Positions 26,288 through 36,106 are shown, counted from the stretch's first letter. The stretch: DNA of 46,003 nucleotides from Pseudomonadota bacterium (GCA_043820105.1 JBDREC010000024.1:1-46003); one strand, 5' to 3'. Program-made: numbers and translations. The notes: generated from the letters alone by a model not told the origin.

Positions 26288-29200
26288 TTATGGTGTTTTT
26301 ATATCCTTAGCTTCACCTCTTTTTCCAGGTGTTCTAACATCTTTAGGATCTCTGACTCTTCTTGTTTCAGCATCTAGTTCAGAAATAATACCATCTTCAA
26401 CATCTGGATTTACAATTTCTCCTCTTTCATCAACTCGATCCAGATTTTCTCTAGAGCTAGCTCCAAGTGCCACGTGATCTGCTGCTTGTGGAGTTCTTCC
26501 CTGAGTGGCGATATCTCTAAGTGACCCTGAGGCTTCCTCCAGACTTACTGTTTCTCCCTTTCTCATTCTTTCTCTGACTGCATCCGCTTGATCTTGCACA
26601 TTTTTACCAGATCTTGAAGCGGGTCTGACTGAGGATAATTCAAGACTGGCTTCTCTGAATGAATCGTACTCCGGCCAATTTGGAAGATTTTGGACGGCTA
26701 TTTCAGCTCCGACCCTTACCTCGGGATTTTCGATTTGTAATTCTAAATAATTTGTACTTATCTCAGTTCTGAATCTTTGTACTGAGGTGCTTGAAGCTTC
26801 CCATAAGGTTCCTATTGTTCCTGAAAGTGACTTCAGTTCAGAACTTGTAGATTCTCTGGCTACTGTCAAAGCTTCTTCAACTTCAATTATGGTTTCAGTT
26901 TGCCAAGGCATATCCATTGATCCTTCAACTATAATTACTCCAAAAACTCTCATTGCCTCAGCCTGCAGCTGCCCTCTATAATTTTTTATAATAAAACTAA
27001 GATCCTTAGCTGCGCTTTCTAATTGCTCTGGACTAGTCCCGTTGAACCTGCTGGCTTCCATTTCTTCAAGTGCTAGTTCTATCATTTGTTTGTATTCTGT
27101 TTCATTAGAAGGATCAAAAGTTCCAGCTTTAAGCTCCTCTCTTGCTTCTTCTACTTCAATATTCAGTAATTCAATATTGGAACTCATTGCTTGTCCAAGT
27201 TCCCTTAGGCTGGTATCAATTGATAATTCTATTCCATCCATTACCTGTTCTAAAGGTCTTGTTACATTATGACCCGCTCTTCGCAAAGCAATGACGTGTT
27301 TTAAACGGTATAATACCCTGGGATCTTTTTCTAATGATATGCTTTTTGCAGAGGCATCCCACAATCTATGGGTATATTTTGGATCGAAGTTCTCCACTGC
27401 AATTATAGCTTTCAGTGTTTCAACTTTTACGTCAACGTTTGTACTTCTTCCAAATGCTCTTTCAAGTAATATTTCAAAAGATTTGTTCCTGATACCCGGA
27501 AGGCTGCATTTTAGAGCGCTTCTATCAAGTGTTCTTACTGCTGCAAGTTCATTTTGTGGTGTTATATTGCCGCTTCGTCCTATTGCTTCAATTGTTGATT
27601 GAGCGATTTCATGAAGTCTTCCTATATTAGATCTGGCTTCATGACTTAGGGTATTTGGATCTAAATTAAGTGCTGGTACTATTCTTGTTTCAAAAGCTTT
27701 CAATAAATAGCTGCCTGCTTTTGTGCAGGTAAGGGCCGGATCTCCTAATAGATCAACAGCCATAGAAATGTTTCTTAGTTGTACTTTACTCCCAAGATCA
27801 ATTGGCAATTGGAGTGACTTTCCGATAGCTTTTGCTAGTTCTGCTTTTTGGTCTTGGGGCCATCCGTCTAGATCTTCTCTATTCTCAATAACTCTGTTTA
27901 ATGCACCATTGTGAACTTGAGTTCTAAAAGTTAAATTTGTATCTCTGGAGTTTAGCCTGCTTATTGTACTTGAATAATTAAATACATTTGGATCACCCTT
28001 GGGTGGAGCTGGAGTTGGGTCCGTTGTTGTAGGAAATGGTGTGGTTGATGCAGAAGGTGCAGGTGCTCTAAAATCTGAGGGTGCTGTTGGTCTTGTTGCT
28101 GTGGGTTCTGGTGGGGTGGGGTTCACAGGAGCTGGTGGGCTTTGTGGTTCAGGAATACTCGCTCTAGGTGCTGTGCTGCTTGGAGCAGGTGATTCTACAG
28201 CACCGCTGCCAGAAGGTCCTCCTGGTCCTGATGTTAGACCAGATCCTCCACCTGTCGGCCCAGAGGTTGGTCCTGGATCCGTGGGTGGTACGCCGCCTGT
28301 TGATCCATCGACAGGATCTGTTCCGGTTGATGGTTCTTGGGTCGGTGGCTTCAACCATTCAGGCAATTGGGTGTGTCTATTTAATTCTTCTCCCGCTCTG
28401 ATTGCGTTTTCTGCTTCTTCATCCCAGAATTGCATTCCCGGCCTTCTGTCGACACCATTTCTGTCTAGGCCAACTCGCCTTTGCTCTTTTTCTGCATCTT
28501 CAATTGTTTCTCTGGAATGGATTGCATCTTCATTTACCCAGTCAGCTTCTCTGAAGCTTTCTAATCTACTACGTAACCATCTCAATTCTTCCCTTGCATG
28601 GTAACACCTTGTTCGTCTTACGGTATCTTCCAACTCGATTAATAAATCTAGGTTTTCCTTTAAAAGATTCATTATGTCTGGTTCTTTTTCAAATAGATGT
28701 CTTAGTAAAACAATTGCATGCTGACGCTTATAGGTGGAATTATCATGCATATTTACTATAATCGCTTTTATCAGATGATGTAATATTTCAGATTCAATTG
28801 GTTCAGAGCTTGATACACTTTCCAGGCTAATAGTCATAATCATTCTTGATACAACTACAATGAGAGTTGTTCCCTGGTTGGAAATGAAACTTTCGTATAT
28901 TTCTTCAATTGTCATATCATCAAAATTGCCATTTTGGGGATCATGAAAGCCATGTCTCATGTTTCTTCTATCTATGAGGCCCTCATTATCAAGATTGATC
29001 AATTGGCTGATTATCCATTCAAGTCTTTCGTTAGCTGTAGCTGATTCGGGAAGTGGGAAGGTCTCTGCGTATCTTGCTTCGGCTCTTGCTTCTCTTGCTT
29101 GTTTTGCTTCTTCATCTTCTATAATTTCGTCTTCCAAATAATCTTTTTCAAGTTCTTCTTCTTCGTGATCTAATTCATCGTGTTCATCCTCTGAAAGTTC

Positions 29201-32200
29201 ATCAATCATATCTTCCAGTTCCTGATCATTTAGTCTTGTTATAGGTAGCGGATCTTCAGGTACTTCAAAATTGCTTGTATCCATTTCCAATAATTTATTA
29301 ACGGTATCTTCAAGTGCCATTAAATCTGGATTTACAGGATTTCTTTCAAGTGCTCTTTTAATGTTGCTTTTTAATGCAAGACTTAACCATTCAACGGCGT
29401 CATCTCCAGCAAGGCCAAGGGTTCCTAGAAGTTCGGCTGCCTTTCTTTGATTACTAAGCCCAGTTTGATTTGATGGATCAATTGGCATGGTTAATATTTT
29501 GCCAAGTTCTTTTACTATTTTTCTTTTATCCAGATCATCCATTCCTGGAATTCTGGGTTTATTATTTAAAAGTTTTCCTAGTGCATCCCTATGGTTTTCA
29601 TATTGTCCGTGTCCTCTGTATCTTAAATTGTAAAGAATATCTTTTACTTCACTCAAGAGGAAGGGGACTTGTGAATCTGGGTCTTCACTCCAAAGAAATT
29701 CATCGCCAGGGTAATCACCGGCGTTGGGTGGTGGTCCGTTACTGCCACCGAAACCACCTCCGGATCCACTGGAGCCTTCAGAAACTCTTGGTGGTAGTTT
29801 TGGCAAGCCGTCTATTAATCTTGGCAATTGACCAGAAGGTGAACTGGGAGCACCGAAAGTCGGACTCGCTGGTCTTGGTCTTCGGCGAATTATTGTGGAA
29901 CTTGATCTTGTTTCATCGCTTTCAGGAGGATCTAATCTATTGCTTTCTTCATCTCTATCTCTATCATCGATCATTCTATCTTCAGCATCTCTGTCTGCTT
30001 GCTCTTGAACCTGAATTATCTGACCTTCTGGAAGTTTCTCTCTGAAAAAAGATCTTGCCTCAAACTCCTGCATAAGTAAAATTTGAGCTCTATATATTAT
30101 TGTAAATCTTCCTTGCAATCCTTCAGATTGTATTAATAGGTCTAATTCACCCAGGACATTATCTACGATTGATATCGCGATTTGAGCATAATCACATCTT
30201 GTTGTTTCAAAGCCAGCTCTATTGAAGATTTGGTCAGAGCGTTCTAAAGAATCTTCTAAAAGTTCGGTCATTCTTTCTCTAAATGTTCTCACATAGCTTC
30301 CATCTCCACGATCTTCCATTAAGCCAAAATGAACAAATCTTCCAAATTCTCTTATAGCTGCTCTTATGAACATATCTCTGTGCCTGTAAGCCTGATCAAG
30401 AGTTAAATTTTCAGGTAAAGTAGATTCAAAATTTTCCAGAGCCTCTAAACCTATCTTTCCAGAACTATTTGGAAAAGCAAGAGTCTCGCTGGTAATTGCT
30501 TGCAAAGCCTCCAGATCAACATCTTTATATTTAGACTTGTTTTTTCTTGCAAAATTTTCAATTCTTTCAAGAAGATAATGGGCTTTGGATCCGTCGCTAG
30601 CTCTAACAGCACCTAATGCATTTACAGCCTGCCATAATATAGAGTGAAGATTTGTTCTTTGGACAGGATTCATTGCAGCTAATCCTTTGGCAGGATCTTC
30701 TACAAATCTTAGTATTGTTTCCGTTCTTTGAACAATAGCTTCAGTGATTTCTCCTGTATATACGGAGCCTGGATTATCTTTTAAAATTGTGTAAAATGCG
30801 ATAAATCCACCTAGAATTTCTTGTGAATTTCTGCTGGCCAGGTGGGCTTTAAGTTTTTCAATATGTTGGGGTGTTAAATCAGCTTTGCCAAGGATATCTG
30901 CAGCTTTCCATCTTAAATCGTGGTCATTCTTTACTACATCCTCTAAAGCTTTATCAATATCTGCTGGTTCTGCTTCATCAGTTATTGGGGCAGGATTTCT
31001 CGTACTTGCACCTGGTGTTCCCAATTTTTTAGCTAGCAATTTTTTCAGCAGCTTGGCACCACGAGCTTCGATGAAAGGTATGCTTTCAAGATCTCCCATT
31101 TGCTCAATAGCTGCTTCGACTTGTTCAAAAACTTGAGGATTTTCTTCGGCCATGAAAAGTTGACTTACTTCTTCCTGATTATATTTTGCATTATTATGCT
31201 TCATCCATGATATAAATGATGCGGCTCTAATGTCTGAATCATTGTGCTTCATGCCAGCTATAACTAAAAGTCTCGATCCGTGTTTACTAGTATTGACTTT
31301 TGTTCCCAGTGATTCAATTATTGCAAGGGAGACTTCTTTAAATTCAAGTTCTAGATATTTTTTTAATGCATGCCTTAAATATAAACCTGTATAATTAGCA
31401 CCTACAGCAGAGGTTGCCTCCAGTGGTCTATCGCCGTAATTAGCTATTTCATCAAAGCCAAGGACCAAGCTTGCATTTTTTAGGTTAAGTATAAATCTTC
31501 TGTTAGCAGTACCAGAGGGATTCGATCTTAAGGAAGCTAATCTTTCAGGCTTTATTTCTCTAAGCAAGAATTCACCAAGAGCCTTACTGATTCTTGCTTT
31601 TGTTTGAGCATCCAAATTTCTTAATCGATTCGGATTATTTTTTAATTTATTAATTGCCGTACGATTTCTATTAACATTTTCATATGATAAATCTTTTAAA
31701 ATCTCTTTTAGTTCATCTTCTGAAAAAGCTTGCGCTTCTGTGTTTGAAGCATCTTCTTCAATTGTATCTGTTAGAATCTCAACTGAAGTAGTCAAGCCAG
31801 GGGGTCTACTTTGTGCATCGAAAAACTCAAGAGATTCCGCTAGTGCTGAGAGTAATTTGGCAGTATTTCCAGAGTCCAATGAATCCAGATTGGTTCTGGC
31901 CAGCTTCTCTGATATTCTAGCAATATCTTCAAGAATTTTCCCTTGTTCTCTTGCTACTTTTTTTTTAAGTACTTTTGGCAAAATGGAGTGAGTTTTTTTT
32001 ATCCTGTATCTGAGTACTTGGATCCTGAATTTTGCTGCAAGATAATCAGCTCTGGTATTTAGGTTTCCCTCGAAATGAGTTGATATTCTTTCAAGAGCAT
32101 CAGCAAAAATAATTTCACCCAGCTCACTTAATCCCGATATTCCGTCTTCATAGATTGCTCTGGCAAATTCTTCATGTTGCCCACCATAATTCTCTCCAGG

Positions 32201-32527
32201 TTCAAGTTCCTGGAGTTCTGCACTCAATTTTCTAGTCAAGCTTAAAAGAAGTGATATATCAGTGCCTTCTTCTTGTGACAGTGTAATGATTTCTTGTTCT
32301 AAAGTATAGATATATGCTTCAAGCGAATGACGTGTGCCGGATGTTTCATAAGAGTACAATAATAAGCTTTTTATATATTCAGAATAATCGAGGGCTGCTT
32401 CAGATATTATATCCTCAAATTCTGAGGCGTAGGATTCTCCTTGATCTGTTTGCCCTATTAGATTTGATAATAATATAATGTTAAAGAAAATTAATAGTAA
32501 TAACGTCTTAGATGCAGTTAATCCCAT
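26288..32527 (-). CDS. Giant secreted helical/HEAT-like protein with low-complexity linkers (~2079 aa)
   Basis: ATG at 32527 after GGAAGG gives signal MGLTASKTLLLLIFFNIILLSNLIG-Q. HEAT-like motifs (DSDIRAASF, HDLRWKAADILG), P/G/S/T-rich and acidic linkers, three copies of a ~100-aa module. Confidence 0.85.
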   Translation of the reverse strand: MGLTASKTLLLLIFFNIILLSNLIGQTDQGESYASEFEDIISEAALDYSEYIKSLLLYSYETSGTRHSLEAYIYTLEQEIITLSQEEGTDISLLLSLTRKLSAELQELEPGENYGGQHEEFARAIYEDGISGLSELGEIIFADALERISTHFEGNLNTRADYLAAKFRIQVLRYRIKKTHSILPKVLKKKVAREQGKILEDIARISEKLARTNLDSLDSGNTAKLLSALAESLEFFDAQSRPPGLTTSVEILTDTIEEDASNTEAQAFSEDELKEILKDLSYENVNRNRTAINKLKNNPNRLRNLDAQTKARISKALGEFLLREIKPERLASLRSNPSGTANRRFILNLKNASLVLGFDEIANYGDRPLEATSAVGANYTGLYLRHALKKYLELEFKEVSLAIIESLGTKVNTSKHGSRLLVIAGMKHNDSDIRAASFISWMKHNNAKYNQEEVSQLFMAEENPQVFEQVEAAIEQMGDLESIPFIEARGAKLLKKLLAKKLGTPGASTRNPAPITDEAEPADIDKALEDVVKNDHDLRWKAADILGKADLTPQHIEKLKAHLASRNSQEILGGFIAFYTILKDNPGSVYTGEITEAIVQRTETILRFVEDPAKGLAAMNPVQRTNLHSILWQAVNALGAVRASDGSKAHYLLERIENFARKNKSKYKDVDLEALQAITSETLAFPNSSGKIGLEALENFESTLPENLTLDQAYRHRDMFIRAAIREFGRFVHFGLMEDRGDGSYVRTFRERMTELLEDSLERSDQIFNRAGFETTRCDYAQIAISIVDNVLGELDLLIQSEGLQGRFTIIYRAQILLMQEFEARSFFREKLPEGQIIQVQEQADRDAEDRMIDDRDRDEESNRLDPPESDETRSSSTIIRRRPRPASPTFGAPSSPSGQLPRLIDGLPKLPPRVSEGSSGSGGGFGGSNGPPPNAGDYPGDEFLWSEDPDSQVPFLLSEVKDILYNLRYRGHGQYENHRDALGKLLNNKPRIPGMDDLDKRKIVKELGKILTMPIDPSNQTGLSNQRKAAELLGTLGLAGDDAVEWLSLALKSNIKRALERNPVNPDLMALEDTVNKLLEMDTSNFEVPEDPLPITRLNDQELEDMIDELSEDEHDELDHEEEELEKDYLEDEIIEDEEAKQAREARAEARYAETFPLPESATANERLEWIISQLINLDNEGLIDRRNMRHGFHDPQNGNFDDMTIEEIYESFISNQGTTLIVVVSRMIMTISLESVSSSEPIESEILHHLIKAIIVNMHDNSTYKRQHAIVLLRHLFEKEPDIMNLLKENLDLLIELEDTVRRTRCYHAREELRWLRSRLESFREADWVNEDAIHSRETIEDAEKEQRRVGLDRNGVDRRPGMQFWDEEAENAIRAGEELNRHTQLPEWLKPPTQEPSTGTDPVDGSTGGVPPTDPGPTSGPTGGGSGLTSGPGGPSGSGAVESPAPSSTAPRASIPEPQSPPAPVNPTPPEPTATRPTAPSDFRAPAPSASTTPFPTTTDPTPAPPKGDPNVFNYSSTISRLNSRDTNLTFRTQVHNGALNRVIENREDLDGWPQDQKAELAKAIGKSLQLPIDLGSKVQLRNISMAVDLLGDPALTCTKAGSYLLKAFETRIVPALNLDPNTLSHEARSNIGRLHEIAQSTIEAIGRSGNITPQNELAAVRTLDRSALKCSLPGIRNKSFEILLERAFGRSTNVDVKVETLKAIIAVENFDPKYTHRLWDASAKSISLEKDPRVLYRLKHVIALRRAGHNVTRPLEQVMDGIELSIDTSLRELGQAMSSNIELLNIEVEEAREELKAGTFDPSNETEYKQMIELALEEMEASRFNGTSPEQLESAAKDLSFIIKNYRGQLQAEAMRVFGVIIVEGSMDMPWQTETIIEVEEALTVARESTSSELKSLSGTIGTLWEASSTSVQRFRTEISTNYLELQIENPEVRVGAEIAVQNLPNWPEYDSFREASLELSSVRPASRSGKNVQDQADAVRERMRKGETVSLEEASGSLRDIATQGRTPQAADHVALGASSRENLDRVDERGEIVNPDVEDGIISELDAETRRVRDPKDVRTPGKRGEAKDIKTP

Positions 32528-32615
32528 AACTAAAATTCCTTCCAATTGATAACTTTTGAAGTAAAATATATCCAAAAGATAAAATTAGTTCATTTGTTTT
32601 GCTAGAGCCATATAC

Positions 32616-32632
32616 AGCAAAATAAATACCAA
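32616..32632 (-). promoter_or_regulatory. Sigma54 -24/-12 promoter
   Basis: Minus strand TTGGTAT-TTATT-TTGCT with GG-N10-GC spacing, ~90 bp upstream of 32527. Confidence 0.6.
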
Positions 32633-32734
32633 TAATAATGCATGTATTATATGTAATAGAGTTAGAGGGTTAGACGCATTGATCGTTTTGTTTTTATGTT
32701 AAATAGCTAAAATTATCTTCTTTCAATATTTATT

Positions 32735-32754
32735 TTGCGACTTCCCTGTCGCAA
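32735..32754. promoter_or_regulatory. Palindromic candidate upstream activator site
   Basis: TTGCGAC-TTCCCT-GTCGCAA, ~105-120 bp upstream of the sigma54 site in otherwise very AT-rich DNA. Confidence 0.45.
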
Positions 32755-32863
32755 TATTTTGGTTTATTAATAATTTTTAATTGTGGTTTTGCCGGTCATG
32801 TTTGATAAATTAGAAAATTTTTTTTAAATGACTTGGTTTTACAGATTTATGTAAATATGGAAT

Positions 32864-33676
32864 TCATAAATTGCTAAGAAATTTTTTTAGTCCCTCAATA
32901 TATTGCTTTTTTGAATTCATGAAACCATAATTATGACAGCCTGTTATTTTTAAAAAGATTTTTGGATCTGGGGCTTTTTCGAAAAGCTTTTTTCCATGCT
33001 TAAAGGGAATGATTTCATCATCAGGACTATGGATTATTAATTTGGGACACTTTAGACTTTCTATATATTTCAATGTGTTATACTTGAATCGTGATAAAAG
33101 GCTTATTGGCAAGAAAAAGTAAATATCTTTTGCAATTTCATTAACAGATACAAAGCTTGATTCAATGATTATTGATGAGGCATTGTTTTTCACTGCAAGA
33201 TAAGAAGCGACAGCTCCGCCTAAGCTTCTTCCAAAAAGAATAATATCTTCTGATTTTAGCTTTTTATCATTTATTAGAAAATCCCAGGCTGCCTGAGCAT
33301 CTAGATATGTTCCTTTTTCACTTATTGAACCCTCACTTTTTCCATAGGCGCGATAGTCTATTATTAATACATTTAGATTTAAATTGTGGAAAATTTCTAT
33401 TGATTCAAGCCTGTGACTAATGTTGCCAGCATTTCCATGAAAGAACAATAATGTTTTCCTTGAGTTTGGAGATGGTATATACCACCCATGAATTTTTATA
33501 TTATCACTTGTTTCGATGAATACATCTTCAAAGTGCAAGCCTCTTACCTCAGGGCTTGCATGCAATTCATTGTCAGGATAAAAAATAAATCTGGATTGAA
33601 AAAATGTAATTAGAGCTGCAAAACCTATATAGCTTAATATTAAAATTAGAGAAACTGATTTGATAAGCGGCCACAT
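32864..33676 (-). CDS. Alpha/beta hydrolase (ABHD13/BEM46-like)
   Basis: FFHGNAGN, DYRAYGKSEG, GRSLGG, IIHSPDDEIIP, GCHN. Start taken at MWPLIK; the upstream SLNLNLNL is a hexamer repeat. Confidence 0.93.
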   Translation of the reverse strand: MWPLIKSVSLILILSYIGFAALITFFQSRFIFYPDNELHASPEVRGLHFEDVFIETSDNIKIHGWYIPSPNSRKTLLFFHGNAGNISHRLESIEIFHNLNLNVLIIDYRAYGKSEGSISEKGTYLDAQAAWDFLINDKKLKSEDIILFGRSLGGAVASYLAVKNNASSIIIESSFVSVNEIAKDIYFFLPISLLSRFKYNTLKYIESLKCPKLIIHSPDDEIIPFKHGKKLFEKAPDPKIFLKITGCHNYGFMNSKKQYIEGLKKFLSNL

Positions 33677-33714
33677 ATTGCAGAGGTTTAAGTTTAGGTT
33701 TAAACTCATATAAA

Positions 33715-34470
33715 CTACTTTAAAAATTTTAATAATGACATGATTACAATTGAGACGGTTTCTACTCTTAAAACGGTTTTGCCCAGGTTGACCATTTTAA
33801 AGCCGCTTTCAATAGCTATGTTAGCTTCCATTTCAGAAAAACCACCTTCGGGTCCAATTACAATTACTACTTTTTCATATTCTGGCAGCATTTGAATAGC
33901 ATGCTTTATGTTTGTATATGAAATATCCTTCTTTTCTTCCCAAAAAAAGAGTTTAAGTGTTTTTTTGCTTTTACGAAATTCCTTTAATAGTGGTTCGAAG
34001 CTGTTAATGTCATGGACAAGTGGGATGTGTTCAAGCTTAGATTGTCTAACGGCTTCAATTGCAATTTTTTGCCACCGTTGAGTTTTCTTTTTTTCTTTTG
34101 ATTCATCTAATTTTGGAACACTTCTTTCAGAGCTAAAAGGAATGATTTTATTAATTCCAAGCTCAGTTGTTTTCTGAATAATAAAATCAAGTTTTTTTGC
34201 CTTTGGAAGTGCTTGGCATAAGGTAATTTCTGGAGAGTCAATTTTATTTTGTTTTAGTTTTTTAATATTAGAAACGATTAGTTCATTTTTCTTTATTGCT
34301 TCAATTTGAGCGCAAGCTCTTTGATTTTTTTCATCAAAAAGTATAATATTTTCTCCATATTTTAATCTCAATGACTTAACTTGATTGATAATTTCTTTTG
34401 ATTTTAGAGAGGCTTTATTTGTTTGAAAATTATCAAGGTCAATATCTGAAAAAATCAAAGCTTCATTCAT
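33715..34470 (-). CDS. rsmE: 16S rRNA m3U1498 methyltransferase RsmE
   Basis: LRLKxGE, IIQKTTELGI, SERS, EAVRQS, IGPEGGFS and LGKTVLRVET. Confidence 0.93.
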   Translation of the reverse strand: MNEALIFSDIDLDNFQTNKASLKSKEIINQVKSLRLKYGENIILFDEKNQRACAQIEAIKKNELIVSNIKKLKQNKIDSPEITLCQALPKAKKLDFIIQKTTELGINKIIPFSSERSVPKLDESKEKKKTQRWQKIAIEAVRQSKLEHIPLVHDINSFEPLLKEFRKSKKTLKLFFWEEKKDISYTNIKHAIQMLPEYEKVVIVIGPEGGFSEMEANIAIESGFKMVNLGKTVLRVETVSIVIMSLLKFLK

Positions 34471-34472
34471 TT

Positions 34473-34928
34473 TTAATTACCACCAGTTGTTCTATTTGTA
34501 ATGGCTTTTTTAAGTTTCATGAAATTTAAAAGTCCAAATCTAGCAAGATACCTTAGCATTGATTTGCCTCCCAATTTTAAAACAGCAAGATAGCCTTTGG
34601 TAGTTAATTCTAAAAAGGAAATATTGAATTTAACATTCATTTTCTTTTTTCGAACATTTTCAAATACTTTTATGCCATAGTCAGCGATATCATTTGAATC
34701 CATTGAAGTAATTTCTTCAAGGCTTTCATTTGACAGATAAAAACACAGATCAAAATCACTTGTTTCTTTATTAAGACATATAAGTTTATTGGGACCTTTT
34801 TTAATAAAGCAGTTACTTTGATCGTCTGTGAAGATAACTTTGATTACAGCACCTTCTTTTAAGCAAGAAGCAAGCTCTAAAACGATATGGCTTTGGTTTA
34901 TAAAATCATTTAACAATTCATAACTCAT
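34473..34928 (-). CDS. Hypothetical protein (possibly SCP2-like fold)
   Basis: 151-aa ORF tightly packed in the nitroreductase-rsmE operon. The fold guess is by eye only. Confidence 0.7.
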   Translation of the reverse strand: MSYELLNDFINQSHIVLELASCLKEGAVIKVIFTDDQSNCFIKKGPNKLICLNKETSDFDLCFYLSNESLEEITSMDSNDIADYGIKVFENVRKKKMNVKFNISFLELTTKGYLAVLKLGGKSMLRYLARFGLLNFMKLKKAITNRTTGGN

Positions 34929-34937
34929 TTTAATTTC

Positions 34938-35459
34938 CTAATCTATCCACTCAAGGATTTCATTAATATTTTTTAATTTTCTTTGGCCAGGTTCTTGATC
35001 TGAATATCCAACTGGAATAACAGCTATTGGCCTTAAATTTGAAGATAAATCAAGGCAATTGGCAACTTTAATTTCATCAAATGCACCAACCCAACAAGTT
35101 GATAAACCAAGTGATTGGGCTGTTAATAGCATGTTTTGTATACTGGCAGCTGTATCCTGGATAGAATAAAGCCTTAAGCCACGTTTTCCATAACTTTGAA
35201 TAGCGGCTTCTTTATCAATGCAAACAACTATAGCGCAGCTTGCATCTTTAATAAAGTCTTGACGAAGTGCAGTTTCAACAAATTCTTTCTTTTTTTCTTC
35301 ATTAGATATCACAAGAAATTTGTAAGGTTGAACATTTCCGCCTGAGGGTGCATAAACGGCAGCTTCAATTAATTTTTCAATTGAAGCTGTATCAACTTTT
35401 TTAGAGCTGTCATAATTTCTAATGCTTCTTCTTTTTTTTATTATATCCATTAATTCCAT
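34938..35459 (-). CDS. Nitroreductase family protein
   Basis: RRSIRNY, APSGGNVQP, QNMLLTAQSLGLSTCWVGAF and IPVGY. Confidence 0.95.
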   Translation of the reverse strand: MELMDIIKKRRSIRNYDSSKKVDTASIEKLIEAAVYAPSGGNVQPYKFLVISNEEKKKEFVETALRQDFIKDASCAIVVCIDKEAAIQSYGKRGLRLYSIQDTAASIQNMLLTAQSLGLSTCWVGAFDEIKVANCLDLSSNLRPIAVIPVGYSDQEPGQRKLKNINEILEWID

Positions 35460-35590
35460 GTTTCATCCTTAGTTTAAAAAAGGTACTTTAATTGATCTCT
35501 AGACTAGTAAATATAAAATTCCAACATATTTTTTTAAAAATTTAAAAAGGTTCTTGTTTTTATATTTTTATTTAATAAACTTTCATTATT

Positions 35591-36106
35591 ATGAAAGAAA
35601 TAATTTTAGAACATTTATCAAGTCTTGATCCGTCTTTATATGTTTTGCTTTTAGCTATTTTACCAATATTTGAAGCAAGATATGCTATGATAGCAGCCTT
35701 TGCTCTGAATGCTTCTGTTGGAGGCATGCCATGGCAAGAAGCTTTTGTTATATCTGTCATTGGAAATATCTTAATCATTATTCCTGTTTTGCTGATGCTA
35801 CCTTGGATAAATAAGGTTATGCATAAATGGGAATTTACCAGTAAGATAATGGATTATTTTTTAAGACGAGCAAGAAAGCGAAAAGACCTAATAGATAAAT
35901 ATGGTTTTTGGGGCTTAACTGTTTTTGTAGCCATCCCTTTGCCTGTAACAGGTGCTTGGACAGGTTCTTTAATGGCATTTTTATTTGATATTAAGTTTAA
36001 AAAGGCGATTTTAGCAATTATTGTTGGTGTTTTGATTGCAACTTCAGTTATGACAATTGCTTCTTATGGGGGCTTCAGTTTTTTATCCTTCTTATTGAAG
36101 TTGTAA
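35591..36106 (+). CDS. Small multidrug export protein family (COG2426) membrane protein
   Basis: LPIFEARYA, IGN, KYGFWGLTVFVAIPLPVTGAWTG. Confidence 0.9.
   Translation: MKEIILEHLSSLDPSLYVLLLAILPIFEARYAMIAAFALNASVGGMPWQEAFVISVIGNILIIIPVLLMLPWINKVMHKWEFTSKIMDYFLRRARKRKDLIDKYGFWGLTVFVAIPLPVTGAWTGSLMAFLFDIKFKKAILAIIVGVLIATSVMTIASYGGFSFLSFLLKL

Noticed and set aside
27999-28604. 201-aa Gly/Val-rich plus-strand ORF and other antisense ORFs within long genes (e.g. 2765..3103, 29470..30045, 42947..43273)
   Set aside because: Shadow frames of low-complexity or long coding regions on the opposite strand.
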